A DNA stretch of 64,000 bases, from the NCBI RefSeq assembly GCF_964355755.1, contig NC_092678.1:18989365-19053364 (forward strand), given 5' to 3'. Both the position numbers and the translations under genes were made by a program. Source of the DNA: Antedon mediterranea. Its lineage: Eukaryota > Animalia > Echinodermata. Below the pieces are notes generated by a model. It was not told where the DNA came from. It saw only the letters and a program-made list of their open reading frames with translations, and did no database searches. Shown one piece after another: positions 1-12,845 of this stretch (position 1 is the first letter of the stretch; each line of letters begins with the position of its first letter).

Positions 1-691
1 CATATACAAAAAAATATACATCAGGGGTGCATGGGAACCCCATTTACTAACCTAGACTAAAAACTTAAATTAACGAGAGTAGAAATATGACGAGGTATCG
101 AGGGACATTTTCATTGGAAACAACTACTGATCAACCTGAAGGCAGCAGTGTTTTTCAATTTTATTTTTTGGTATACCATTTGATATATGCATAGATTGGC
201 TATTTAATAAGTCGGTACAGTATTTTGTAGGCCTCCTACAGCTTTTGGTTATAATATATGCTACACTGGAAAAACGCTTCCTGGTGCGTATGACGTTTAA
301 CATATTTTCGCTAACTGCCGTTATTTTAATACTTATCGACTCCGGTTAAATATTAAAGTGTACTACTATTATTGTTTGATATTAACACAGATGACTAGAA
401 GACTTAGATCTACGAAGGTTTTTTTACTTATGAACTATATTTTCTGCCACTTATGTTGTCTATAAGCGCTGTGTCTTTGTCGACCTGTCAATCGGTTAGA
501 AAGGTTAAAAAGATGACGACCCAGTGGCGTAAACCCAGAGGGGGAGGAAAAGGCGCCTCTGGTTTAATATACAATTTTATATATTTTAATTAAGTAATAC
601 GACATATGAGAATCTCACCTATTCTGATTGTAATGTCCACTAGTGTATGTATTTTTTTTAACAACACTAATAGTTTTTTTGTCTTCTGTAG

Positions 692-3600
692 GTTGCGATG
701 GTCTTGTTTACAATACGACTTGCATTAAGTTGAAAATTAATAATCCCATTATCGACTTTAGAGAATACAGATCTTGGGACCAATCAAATGAAGACGCCCA
801 CAATAGAAATGTTCAGCTAGTAAGCATACAGACATTGGACAAATTTATGGAAATTAAAAACTATATACAAAATACGACCAATCAAAAGACTTTTTATATA
901 GGATTATCTCGAGAGCCAGACTTAGATAGAACTGTAGTTGGTAACTGGAGATGGGCCTCGAACGATTCATTGACGCTGTGGGACAAGTGGAAATCGGGTG
1001 GTGGTGAACCAAATGTTCGAAACACATTATGTGCAGGAGTAATTTGGCAAGATGATACGTTTCTTGATCTTGAGTGTGATAATCTATCTGCTGCAGAAAT
1101 AGGACTTACGTATATTTACGAATACCCTATAGTTCCACAACGTAAGTTAACACGAAGGATATTATCGTTATCGTGTACTGTAAAGCCCTACATTTTCGCG
1201 ATTTTACATTTGCAACTATTTCGCGACCTTTTATTTTCGCGATTTGAGTTTCTTGTGTAATTTGTTGAACCAAATTGGCGAATGTATTTCGCCTCCGCGA
1301 TGAACGTCAAACAACTATTGAATAGCGTCAGTAAAATTACAGAACACGCGATTGTAAATTTAGGGATGTAAATAAATAAACGTTTTGGCTACACAGCGGG
1401 CGAGGCACGTGTTTAATAGGCTGTCAGATAGTGAACACCCCCATATTTAATGTACTCTACCAAATGATTGTTTCTACAACAACAACAGCAACTAATGAAC
1501 GTGACGCCGGCCGGGTGGATCTCTGGAGAGCATGCATCATGGCGATGGTATTTTTGCCGTTTGCTACCACAAACTACGCACGTAGAATACTTTGTGGTTA
1601 AGCTGGTTCCCACTAGGACGCAATGCAAGGACGTAAACGCAATGTAAACGTGTTGACCAATGACAAGCGACAGTTTAAATAATCCATCGCTTGTGATTGG
1701 TCAACTCACTTACTTTGCGTTACGCCCTTGTGTTGCGTCTCTAGTGGGAACGAAGCATTTTGTTAATTGTAATACATTCGTGAAACTCGTAGTTAGTGGG
1801 CAAGAAAAAGAAAATATAAAACGGAATTATTTCTAATGCATGTTTGAGAAATTAAATATAGAAACTCACGCCAAAGATTTATTAAACCTTTAATTATGAT
1901 GTTATTTTAATTACTATATTGTATTATAATTATACTATGTTTTTATATTAATTTATTATTAATTATGATTATTAATAATTATTAATTTTACCTTATTTAT
2001 TTGATATAAACTTAAAGAAATGTCATACCGTATTATTTGGGAAAGCTGAGCTCGATAGGCATGTAGTTACCTTTTCTCTACATCATTTGTATACCATTAT
2101 TTATTTTGTTTTCAGAATGTATATATTTTGAATGAATAAAAGAAATTAAATTGTAGCTTTTCGATGACCTAGGCTTAGTTATTTACTGGCATTTTATGGG
2201 CCGATTAAAGCTAACTCACCTGGGTAAATAACTAAGATAATGATATAATAAATTGATCGTAGTCGCCGCCTGGGGCCTAGATATGTGTAGAAAGTAAAGA
2301 AGCATCAACAATATCAGTTGTAACAAATTGAAAGCTTTCAATATATAAAAATTACGGTAGTCGAAATGGGGTTGGCCTAACAGATGTACCGTTTCAGTAG
2401 CCTCATCAAACTTCAATTCAGTAATAACAGAGTTTATTTTTGAATTCTGTTTTTTGTTCTCTTTCAGCAATCAATTTTTGTGAACGTATAAACTGTAACA
2501 ATGGCTCTTGTTTAGCTAATGGGTCATGTGACTGTTCAATTGGTTACACAGGTGAATTCTGTAATAAAACTGGTGAGTATTGTTTTGTTTTGTTAGAACA
2601 TCTTTTACACTAATCTTGTAGGCCTAGTAGATATGTTTCTGTACAACGTTCATTTTGTGTAAAAACATCGGCTTATAGATTGCCGGATTTTCGATTATAT
2701 TTTGATCGGTTTATCGGTTGAAGGGTCTTGAATTACAGTATATCAATTGTAGAGTTGTATTTATCGATTAATTTAAACTGCTCAGTAGCAGGTGTTTACA
2801 TGTAACCAATTGGTCACCTAACCTACTCAACGATTTGCAAAATAGTATCGTTGATGTTATCGTCTATATGTATATGTGTAAACAGTCCTTTATTCTTCGA
2901 TATTTCTTGAATTTTATAATTTTGTTTTAAATAGTAATAGTCCATAATGTAAAACCAACTGTTGCTATTGATGATTAATGGTTGATGCTGTCTTTGGTTT
3001 CAGAAAAATATTTGTGTGCTAATTTAAATTGTAACAATGGTTCTTGTCTGGCTAATGGTACATGCCAATGTACACCTGGGTTCAAAGGTCAATTCTGTAA
3101 CATTACTAGTGATGGTGAGTATTTTCAATTAGTTTGTCGATTTGCACTATTCAACATACATTAGAAGATCTCTGGTTAGTTTATAATGTTAATGTTTTAA
3201 TTCAGTACCCAATTGTAAACCATATTGGCATTTTTATAGTTGAATGTGATGTCCACAAATTGATCAACAATGCATTGAGAACCATTAGTAGGCCGATTGC
3301 AATAGAACCTTTTTTTGCAACACATCGTCCGTATATGTAAACAGGCATTTATTCATCGATATTTGTTGAATTTTATGATTTTTTTTTTAAATATAAGTCA
3401 TAGTCAATAATGTAAAACCAACTGTTGATATTGATGATTAATGGTTGATGCTGTCTTTGGTTTCAGAAAAAGATTTGTGTGCTAATTTAAATTGTAACAA
3501 TGGTTCTTGTCTGGCTAATGCTACATGCCAATGTACACCTGGGTTCAAAGGTCAATTCTGTAACATTACAAGTGATGGTGAGTATTTTCAACTTAAAATT

Positions 3601-6600
3601 GAATAAGGTCGATATGTTCAGGACATCCTTATTAAGGGAACACTTCGTTGGTATTTGAAGGTAGTGGTGTTTCTCTGTATTATTGATCAATTAAGGGCAT
3701 TTATCATGAAGTAAAGTACGATCATTTTTTAAACCCATGGCTCAATTGCTTATAACGATTTTAACAATTAATTGTTTTAGCATAACTTGATTGTTTTTAA
3801 TGCTTCTGTTTTTAGAAAATTATTGTGAAAATGTAAATTGTAACAACGGTTCTTGTCTGACTAATGGTACATGCGACTGTTCATTTGGGTTCGAAGGTGA
3901 ATTCTGTAATATTTCTATTGGTGAGTATTTTTCTGAAATGGTATTCATTTTGTTTTGTAATCTTCTGACATTATAATACATTTTTATTTGAATGTGTTGC
4001 ATTAAAAAAATGTTAGTTCCGATTAAAAAATAATCAATCGGGTTCTAATTTCATGGTATTAAAATCACACTACACTAATCATATATATGTAGTTTTGCTT
4101 TTCAAAATTACTGGTCCAAAATCTAAAATGAAAAGTTAAAACGTGCTATAGACAATTTTATTATATTGGCTTTTTGTATGTCAAGTTTGATTTTTGCTAC
4201 TTCTGCTTTCTCCGATTTCATAAATAGAAAATACTGTGCCAAAAGATAAAAGAAAAGTTAGAATGCGCTATTGAGAAGTCAATCATGCATGTTAATGGTT
4301 ATTGTTACTTGAAAAAATAGAATTTTTCCAAGTGTATATTATGTTTGTTTTTTAGCACGATAACGTCTACAATGTTTCAATGTTTAAGTTATCATTCTGA
4401 ATTTGTCGGTGTAGGTATATACCTACAGAACATGCCTATTTAAATTCAAGAAAATCGGTTCATTAATAACTTCACCAATAAAAAAAAGAGAAAAATATGT
4501 ATTCTTTAACATGGGCCGAAATATCAACATGCACCCTCTGTGGAAAAATGTTGCCAAGTACTTCACTCAGTTTCTGAGCGCTTTCATTTTACTATCGCTA
4601 TCTTCGATTCCAGAAATAAACGGTTGTAACAATGTAAGTTGTAACAATGGTTTCTGTCGTGACGATGGTATGTGTGAATGTTCTTCTGGTTTCACGGGTG
4701 AATTCTGTAATATTACTGCTATTGGTAAGTATTATTTTGTTTTAATTTTTAACTTCTCATTTGGCAAAATAGAATGGTGTCAAGTATAGAGTATTAATTA
4801 CTTTGTTTGTTGCACGATTAGCGCCTACAAGTTATCATTTTGAACTTGAATAAAATAGGTATACTTATAGGCCCCTACAGCAAGAAAAATTGAAATTTAA
4901 GAAAATCGGTTTAATAATAACTTTAAAAAAACAAAAAAAAAAGATTTGTATTCTTTTTTAACATGGTCCGAAATGCGCCCTTTTTGGCAATAGTCTGGCA
5001 AGTACTTCACTCGGTTTCTGAGTGCTTTCATTTAAATGCTATTTTGTAATGCATCTCAGTAAATATTGAAATTCTAACTGTGTTATGGTTATTAGTATAG
5101 ATTAACAAATGTTGTATTGAATAAGTAATGAAAACAATTTGTCATACTTATGTAGGCAAACCGATGATACCGATGTATGTGACGTATGTGAGATTACACT
5201 TCACTGCGATCAATAATAGTCCATGATTTATAGGTCTATGGTTATCCACCAGTCAATTCAATTTGTGTCTGAAAACACAAGATCATGTATTATGCGTATA
5301 AAACGCCATATATGCCAAAATATTTATATTTCTACTAATTTCGGTTTAGAAACGAGACTAAGACGGCACCCATACCATTATTCCATGTTTCTTTTTTCAG
5401 AAAACATTTGCGAAACTATAAATTGTGAAAACAACGGAACTTGTTATGAGTTAAGAAATGGATCGTATTGGTGTGACTGTACATCTGGATTTCAAGGAGA
5501 ATTGTGTGATGTTCGTAAGTAACCATTTGAATATGTTATATGTGGGGAATACACTACTTAAAATTGTTGTTTTGAGACCATTGGCCCCGAGTTCAAATGT
5601 TTTGACAATACAATAGTTTCAATAATCAGTTATAATTTACTTATGACGATTTATTATTTTGATTGGCGTTGTACTGTGTAGGACCATAGGCAAATATTCA
5701 TGGTAGGACTCGCTCTATTATTTCCGTTAGTCTGATAGACTTTATGATGTTTATGTTAAGTTTGCTTACAGAGTTTAATTGATTTATATGTTTACCATTT
5801 ATCTTAAATGTTTACTCTATTTGGGTTTCTGACTCAGACTATCATACAGAAACCCGAGTTTTCCCAGTTGTCTTAGCTGTAAATACCTTGTTTAAATACA
5901 AGGGAGGATAATGCGGCCTGGGAAGGACCTTGCCACCCTGCCACATAATACACAGGCGTCAGTATAAAGAGCGCCTAACAGTCCAGAATAAATACAGCAC
6001 TCCATTGCATTAACCTTTCTTTCTTTATTATTATAGAATTTTGTACTGCTGATTCGGTATCGGTGGAGGGCATCACCTACTCTTTTTCTGACACACAATC
6101 AGGAGCAGTAGCAACCTCAATACAACTCTGTCCAGTATACTCTCAAAAGGGTACGCTTATTTACCATAACGTTTTTTTTCTATTGCTCTGCTGAAACTAT
6201 GAAACAATGAAACGTAACATACATGTGTGTATATTTCGAACACAGTAGTTGCTACGACTTTCTAATTTCGACAATCATGGTATTGAAAATTGAAATTAGT
6301 AGCTATCGCAATGCCTAATCATAGTGCACTCTTGCGCAGATAATCGATAAAGCTTGGTTCCCACTAGGACGCAACCCAATGACGTGAGCGCAACTTAAGC
6401 GGAAACTGCGTAGCTTGTCCACATAATCTGCATCTATCCTGTGCGTGTTTCCGCTCAACCACCCGTCAGTTTTCTGTGTAAATGGTGGAAATAACTTAGG
6501 CCCGTATCAATGAAAGAGGACTAACTGTAGACTTTTTGTGTTATATGTTTTGTTTCCGTTTACCGTTTTACCACTCGTCTGTGTAAATTAGTCTTTAACC

Positions 6601-9600
6601 ATCATTATGTTTTTGTTTAGCGAATCTACCAATGGCTAATAGGTCCTGTACCAATTACACTGATGGCATACGTTGGGGAGAGCTCATTTTTAATTGTGAT
6701 ATAGAAAATACCACAGAAAATCTCATGCATCTATCACAAGTAAGAAAACAAAATGAAATAAATAATTTAATCAAATAATAATTGAATTAAGATAAAATTA
6801 TTCGAATGATAGAAGGTTCAGATTGACTAGTCCTTAGGCTATAGAAATCCATGTCAGACTTTCTTCGCTCAAACATAAATAAAAGTATAGTAAATATAAA
6901 TATAACAGACAATACGATATAGATACTAAGGATAAACAATATCAAAGAGTTGTAAAGTCAACAAACACAAATAAACAATATTCGTAAAATTCCTTTTTAT
7001 TTCATATGCATCTAACAGTAAACAACTTCCCACATAGAATGGATAAACTATAATTGATTGTGCTTAATATAGATGTCCCATGTCTTATGTCTAATTTCAT
7101 TTGAGGCTCAAAGAGTGGAGTTAAAAGAATCGTGAGTTCAACCCTGACACTAGGTCAGAATTGAACCCTGGACTTTGGGATGGGATTGGACTGCAAGTAC
7201 GTTAACCGCCAAGCAACAGCTCTACTGTTGCAGTGTACATATCAATTGCTACAAGCTAAATCTATATGTCTCCTTGCTTCTACTATTTACCCGGAGCAGC
7301 TCCAAAATGTGATTGTTCAGACCGACGTCTGAGCGAAATAATTATCGGTTAATCTATTTTTAAACTGCCCTTTTATATGGTAAAATAGTTTAAGACAAGA
7401 ATTGCCAATCAGACACAAATAGCACCACTAATGGTATTAACATTTAATACAGAAATTGACATTTGGCCACAACTAACAGAACCACTTCCTCTCAAAGTAA
7501 ATTTTCATTATGTGGTACTTTAGGTGGAGGTCACTGATGATAATATTGAGACTGTTGCAAATGCGCTCGAGACTTTGACGAGCAATGCCAGCAGTGATGG
7601 AGAGAACGTTGTTGTGCAGTCATCGCAAGTTCTTGAAAATATTGTCTCAATGAACTCTTCATCGAAATCAGTAAGAACTTTATATTTCTCTTTTAAAGTA
7701 TGTATTTCGTAGAAACATCTTTATCATCAACAATTAAAAACAATAATGTTTCACTTATAAAAAAAACCCAAAATAAATTGTAAAAAAAAAACCCATTAAC
7801 TTCCAGTAAATTTTACTATATTCTGCGTTAAATCACAGTGTTTTAGGTAAATAATTTTTTGTTCGATCCAATTTTCAATCAAAGTATATAACTATTACAT
7901 GACATTAAAGTGGCATATTATAAAATACTTATAATAAAATAGTGTAAAACATCATCATTTAAAATGAAATGGATAGAGGAGATACAACGGCGGTAAATGT
8001 GAAAAAATGACACCTTTACAAACAAACAAAAATAGAGAAGAAAAGAAACCTTTTGGTCGTTGAAGAGAACTATAATAACCTGATATTTCGATCAATTATT
8101 AAATCATTAATTAAAGTAAAGTCTTTAATTAATGTAGTGGCCTAATAATTGGACATGTGTTTTGCAGAGTTGAACAGAGTATTCCAAACATTTGGACCTG
8201 AAGAAAGAAAATAATTTCAATTTCTTCTTAGGTTACAATCGCAGTAGTAAACAGCGTGAACAATATTTTAGAGATTGCAGACGAGGTGGTAGATACAGAA
8301 GAAACCCGACGAGCATCATCCAATACCATCATTTCACTAGAACACCAGTTGGAAACCGTAGCATCTGCGAATCTAGACATTACCCTAAGCCGCAAGAACG
8401 TTGCTGTGACAGTTGCGAGGGTGGATAAGAAAGAGGTCGCATCCAACGGCCTGGTGTACGCCTTAAAGACATCCGACCATCCTTCACTGGTGAGTTCTGT
8501 GGACATTCATGAAGTAGATACATCTCTAGAGCTGCCTTCTGAAGTTGTTGATGACAGGTCGGGGGTGAACATTTCTGTTGTATTTACTATCTATCAGCAA
8601 CCGACGTTGTTCAAATCAAATCATGACCGAAAGGAACTCGCAACCAGAGTTATATCGGCTAAAATCCTTCATGAAGAGATACAAGACTTGGAAAATCCTG
8701 TCATTGGAATTTTTGAACCAACAGTAAGTTGCTTTATTTGTCGAAAGTTTCCATTTTATGTCATCAGAGAGATCAGGAGGTACACTTCCCGTAACTGTAC
8801 CACTGAGTCTGCTGATAGCTAATACAAAGGTCATTATTTCACTCTCTGTGTATTATAATGCAACTTTACCGATATTCTAAATCATGTTTAAAAAGCCACC
8901 TCACAAGCATCACCTACTAGTATTAACTAAGTAAGGTGTTTGAAGATATTTGTTTTCTGATTTGCATTGCTGCTGTAACGATAATATAAATGATACACCC
9001 GATTATTTGCAGGCCCTTCTAATAAATACAAGGTTTCATGCAATAAGCAATATTTTGTACCAAATATTTTAATATGAGAATTTTTACTTTTATGAATCCT
9101 CTATCTGTATCTTTATGTTTGTATGTCGTCTGTATATTTTTGTATTGTTTCAAGAGGGCATCTTTAAAGTCAGCTGTACTGCTGTAGTAGCAAATCGGCT
9201 GTCATTTAAAATATTCATCCAACCGATTTGCTGAAGTAAAAAACATATGCACCGTTTCAACAATTTGTAATGCTATCATTTGCAGAGGGTGAATGGCTCT
9301 GACGCAGAATGTGTTTTCTGGGATTTTGATCTTGAAGATGGCATTGGTAATTGGTCAAGCGAAGGTTGCAATTATCAGAAGATCGTAGATGGTCGGGTCA
9401 TATGTCATTGTAATCACCTGACTAATTTTGCTGTTTTGATGGTGAGCTTTGTACTTATATTCTTAAACATTACAGAACGCAAAAACATCATTACCAGCAG
9501 GCAGTTACATGTCATGCAATGCGTCATAACACCACGTGTGGTAGTTTATAGCAAATCAACAAGTACTGTATAATAACTTTTTGATATTATCAAAGAATTT

Positions 9601-12600
9601 ATAACACAAGAATCTCCTGTTCGTCCGAAGCGCGTAACAATTTCGAAAGGCATTGTGGGATAGAATAGAGCTATGGGTGGCGCCATTGTGAGCCATGGAG
9701 TAGGGCGCCCGCATCAAATTAGAAAGTCAAAATCATAGAGGGGATCTGCTAATGCTCTAGGGGGGATAGAGTAATTGACTGAGGAGTAGGGCGCCCGCAT
9801 CAAATTAGAAAGTCAAAATCATAGAGGGGATCTGCTAATACTCTAGGGGGGTAGAGTAATTGACTTCCTAGTTTGGAGGGGCGCTGCTCCATGCTGTGAA
9901 ATGGCGTCGCCCAGTTTGACATTTTAACCCTGTACTTCCGATACTGTGTTTTGAATGCAAATTGAAGAACAGGAGATTCTTGTGTTATAAGTTCTTTGAT
10001 ATTATTCAATGAATATAGCATATTTTATTTGTATTTAATTTATTATTTCTTGTTGTGTAAAAATGCACAGTACCAGACATGTAATTTGTAAACTCGTGTC
10101 TAATTACTATTTTTCTTTTAACTGAAAGGATTTTCACGGTCAGCATGAACTAAATGAGGATCCACGGTACAAACTTATAGACATCATTAGCTTAGTCGGT
10201 TGCTGTGTGTCTATTGTTGCTTTGTTGCTAACCATCATCGTACAACTTAACGCCAAACGTAAAATACCACATTCCAGGTAAGAGTTTTTTAAAAATTAGG
10301 ATGTTGTTAGTTTGTAGTTAGCCGAGTGACGGTGCACTTAATTTATGTTTATTCCTTGTTCTCTGACATTGTTGTGTGATGTCTTCCTAAATGATCATTG
10401 TTTACTCTTTTCTTCAAATAGTAATTATTAAACGGCTTCTCTTCTTTCTCTATTTAGAGAACAACACTTAATTCCTCCAAAGTTGGGCTTGATCAACTTA
10501 TCAGAGTTATTAAGAGTTGTTGTTAGTTAGCGGAGTGAGTGCGTTTGATTTATTCCTGGTTCTCGGACATTGCTGTGATTTGTCTTCCCAACTGATCATT
10601 GTTTACTCTATTTATCAAAATATTAAACGGCTTTTCTTTTTTGTTTGTTTAGAGAACAACACTTAATTCGTCCTAAGTTGGTCCTGATCAACTTATCAGT
10701 GTCGCTATGTTTCCTCTACGTGGTCTTCGCCTTCGGAATCGAACTAACAAATGCACCAAACATCTGCATACTGATCGCTGTTCTAATGCATTATTTCACG
10801 ATCTCCTCAATGTCCTGGATGACTGTTCAAGCTGTTAATATATACCTATCGTTGGTGAAGGTTTTCCCGACGTATATATCCAAGTTCAAACTAAAAGCTT
10901 ATGCATTCGGCTGGGGTAAGTTTATAAGATTAATGATTTTTCCATTCGAATGTCAATCAACGTAAGTTAGTTGACTAATCACAAACGATGGATTATTCAA
11001 AAAGTCGCTTGTCATTGGTTCTCTCGCTTGCGCTGCGCTATTGTGCTGCGTCTTAGCTTGGTTCCCACTAGCGACGCAACGCAAGGAGGTACCGCAATGA
11101 TTTGACCAACCACAAGCGATAGATTATTCGAACAGTGGCTTGTCATTGGTCAACTCGCTTGCGTTGCGTCTCTAGTGGGAACCACGCTTTAGTGAAAACC
11201 AAGCTTTTTGCAACACAAGAACGTAACGAAATGGAAGTGATGTTCTTCGATCACTTGCGTTGCATCTTTAGTGTGAACCAAGCTTTAGCAAATAGCCTAC
11301 AATAGTTGTAGCATATTTTCTGTCGGACATTTATGTATATTTCCGTGTGTCTGTGACCTACTGCATTTACCTCAGAATAATGTGTTAACTGTTGTTTATC
11401 CAATGGCGGAGAAATTGCGCAACTTATTTCTTAATAATGCGACTGGATGTATATACAACACGATCCAATTTATAGCGTTATAATGACCAGTAATTGTATA
11501 TAATATGTCTACTGTTTCACAGGGTTTCCAGTTGTTGCTATTGTGCTCTCTTTGTCCCTTGACACCGACAGTTATTATAATGAGAATTAGTAAGTAGGCC
11601 CTACTCTACATCACTGTTCTTTTTAGTACAAACTCTCCATTAACAGCAAACGAACCTGTTTTAGTTTTATCTGTGACATAAAACTAATAGAAGATGCATA
11701 AAAAAGGACTCACCAGTGTAGGCCTTTCAACATGGTTCCATAAGTTAGGCATAAAACAAAACTTGCGTTAGCTCCATATTCTGGTGGAGGAGTTGTTGGA
11801 GGCGTATGTTTAAATTAGAAAATTATGCGTATCATCTTTAGGGACCATGTCAAAAATGATTATACTGCAGTCTACAGTAACTACATTTTATGTAATATTT
11901 AACCTGATTATTCAATTATTTAAGCAATTCTTGCTTAGGTAATCATACACATAACAATGCTTATGTTCATTTAAATGTTCTGTTAGAAAAAAATTGCATA
12001 GTTACTGCAGTAACTGCAGTGGAAAACTTTTGACACAGTTCTTTCAGTATCAATCATCATTACCAACATCATTTTATAATAATTAAATATCATTAAATAA
12101 AGTCATTGATATATATATATATAGATAATTATATAGGCTATGCCAAGCATCTTTTAAAACAAAATACAATTCAGTTCACGTGTTAGGGAAACGTAGCAAT
12201 CATAGGCCTACATTAAATATATTTAGTTTTAATTATACTGTATTGATACAGGTGGTAATGCTTTATTTTTCTCATTTTAGTTGCTTTATCAAGCCAGGCC
12301 CTGCATTGTACTACGGTAACATATCCGTAATTGCTGTTCTATTCTGGATAAACGCGATCATCTTTGCAATCGTCTTATACCGCATAGTCCTGCGTTCCCG
12401 TTCACCGATACAGAAAATTACTGAGCCAAAAAGCAGAGTACAAGTTGCTAAAGACCAGCTGTCTACCGCCGTCGGACTGTCCATCCTGCTCGGCCTCACG
12501 TGGGTCTTTGGCTTCGGTGACATACACAAAGCGCCAAATTCAAATTTGAAATTTACCATGCAACTGCTATTCTGTATATTCAATACTCTCCAAGGCGTGT

Positions 12601-12845
12601 TTATTTTCTTGTTCTACGCTGTACGCACGGGCGATTTTAAGAAGTGTATTTGCTCATTTTGTCCCGCTGGAGCATGTTGTACGACCCCAACTCGTGACTG
12701 TTTTCATGTTAGTTTTAGTAGCGATAGAAAAAAATCTGGTGGAAGTACTTTGGTTGAACAGACGATGTTTATGGTTAATACAGACAGCTTCACGTGGAAA
12801 GCACCCGGTAAGGACAATCGTTTATGGGACAGCAGCGTGTACTAG
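692..12845 (+). CDS. Adhesion G-protein-coupled receptor (C-type lectin, 6 EGF, HRM, GAIN/GPS, 7TM); 5' signal-peptide exon not resolved
   Basis: Phase-consistent GT-AG exons: 692-1141 (CTLD: YIGL, WRW, EPN); EGF exons 2468-2572, 3004-3114, 3467-3577, 3816-3920, 4614-4724, 5401-5514; HRM-like 6037-6150 (FCTADS..LCPV) and 6621-6739 (ANRSC..RWG..NC); GAIN 7524-7670 and 8232-8723; GPS 9286-9441 (CVFWD..WSSEGC..CHCNHL/TNFAVLM); 7TM 10129-10277, 10653-10915, 11523-11589, 12281-12845 (LLGLTWVFG, FNTLQGVFIF). About 1058 aa, open throughout. Confidence 0.93.
1600..1757. mobile_element. Short MITE, family A (TIR AGCTTGGTTCCCACTAG), PIF/Harbinger-like
   Basis: Termini agctggttcccactag ... ctagtgggaacgaagc. 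The same family occurs at ~6350-6400, ~10950-11285 and 18329-18507. Confidence 0.7.
7038..7228 (-). mobile_element. tRNA-derived SINE
   Basis: B-box-like GGTTCAATTC on the minus strand. The body (catttgaggc..gagtggagttaaaaga..gtgagtt) is shared with 63030-63256. Confidence 0.6.
9588..10001. mobile_element. Non-autonomous DNA transposon (MITE) with ~35-bp TIRs
   Basis: tatcaaagaatttataacacaagaatctcctgttc (9588-9622) is inverted at 9967-10001 with 1 mismatch. There is an internal ~86-bp tandem duplication (about 9698-9780 and 9784-9866). Confidence 0.75.
10950..11285. mobile_element. Cluster of nested/fragmented family A MITEs
   Basis: agcttggttcccactag at ~11056, ctagtgggaaccacgct at ~11172, further TIR remnants at ~11190 and ~11270, and repeated internal tracts (caatcacaagcgat, gcttgtcattggt). 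Confidence 0.65.

Noticed and set aside
391-500. Possible signal-peptide exon for the adhesion GPCR (..LYFLPLMLSISAVSLSTCQS)
   Set aside because: The ATG at 391 hits a stop, and the hydrophobic frame ends at a phase-0 donor while the CTLD exon needs phase 1. It cannot be supported without transcripts.
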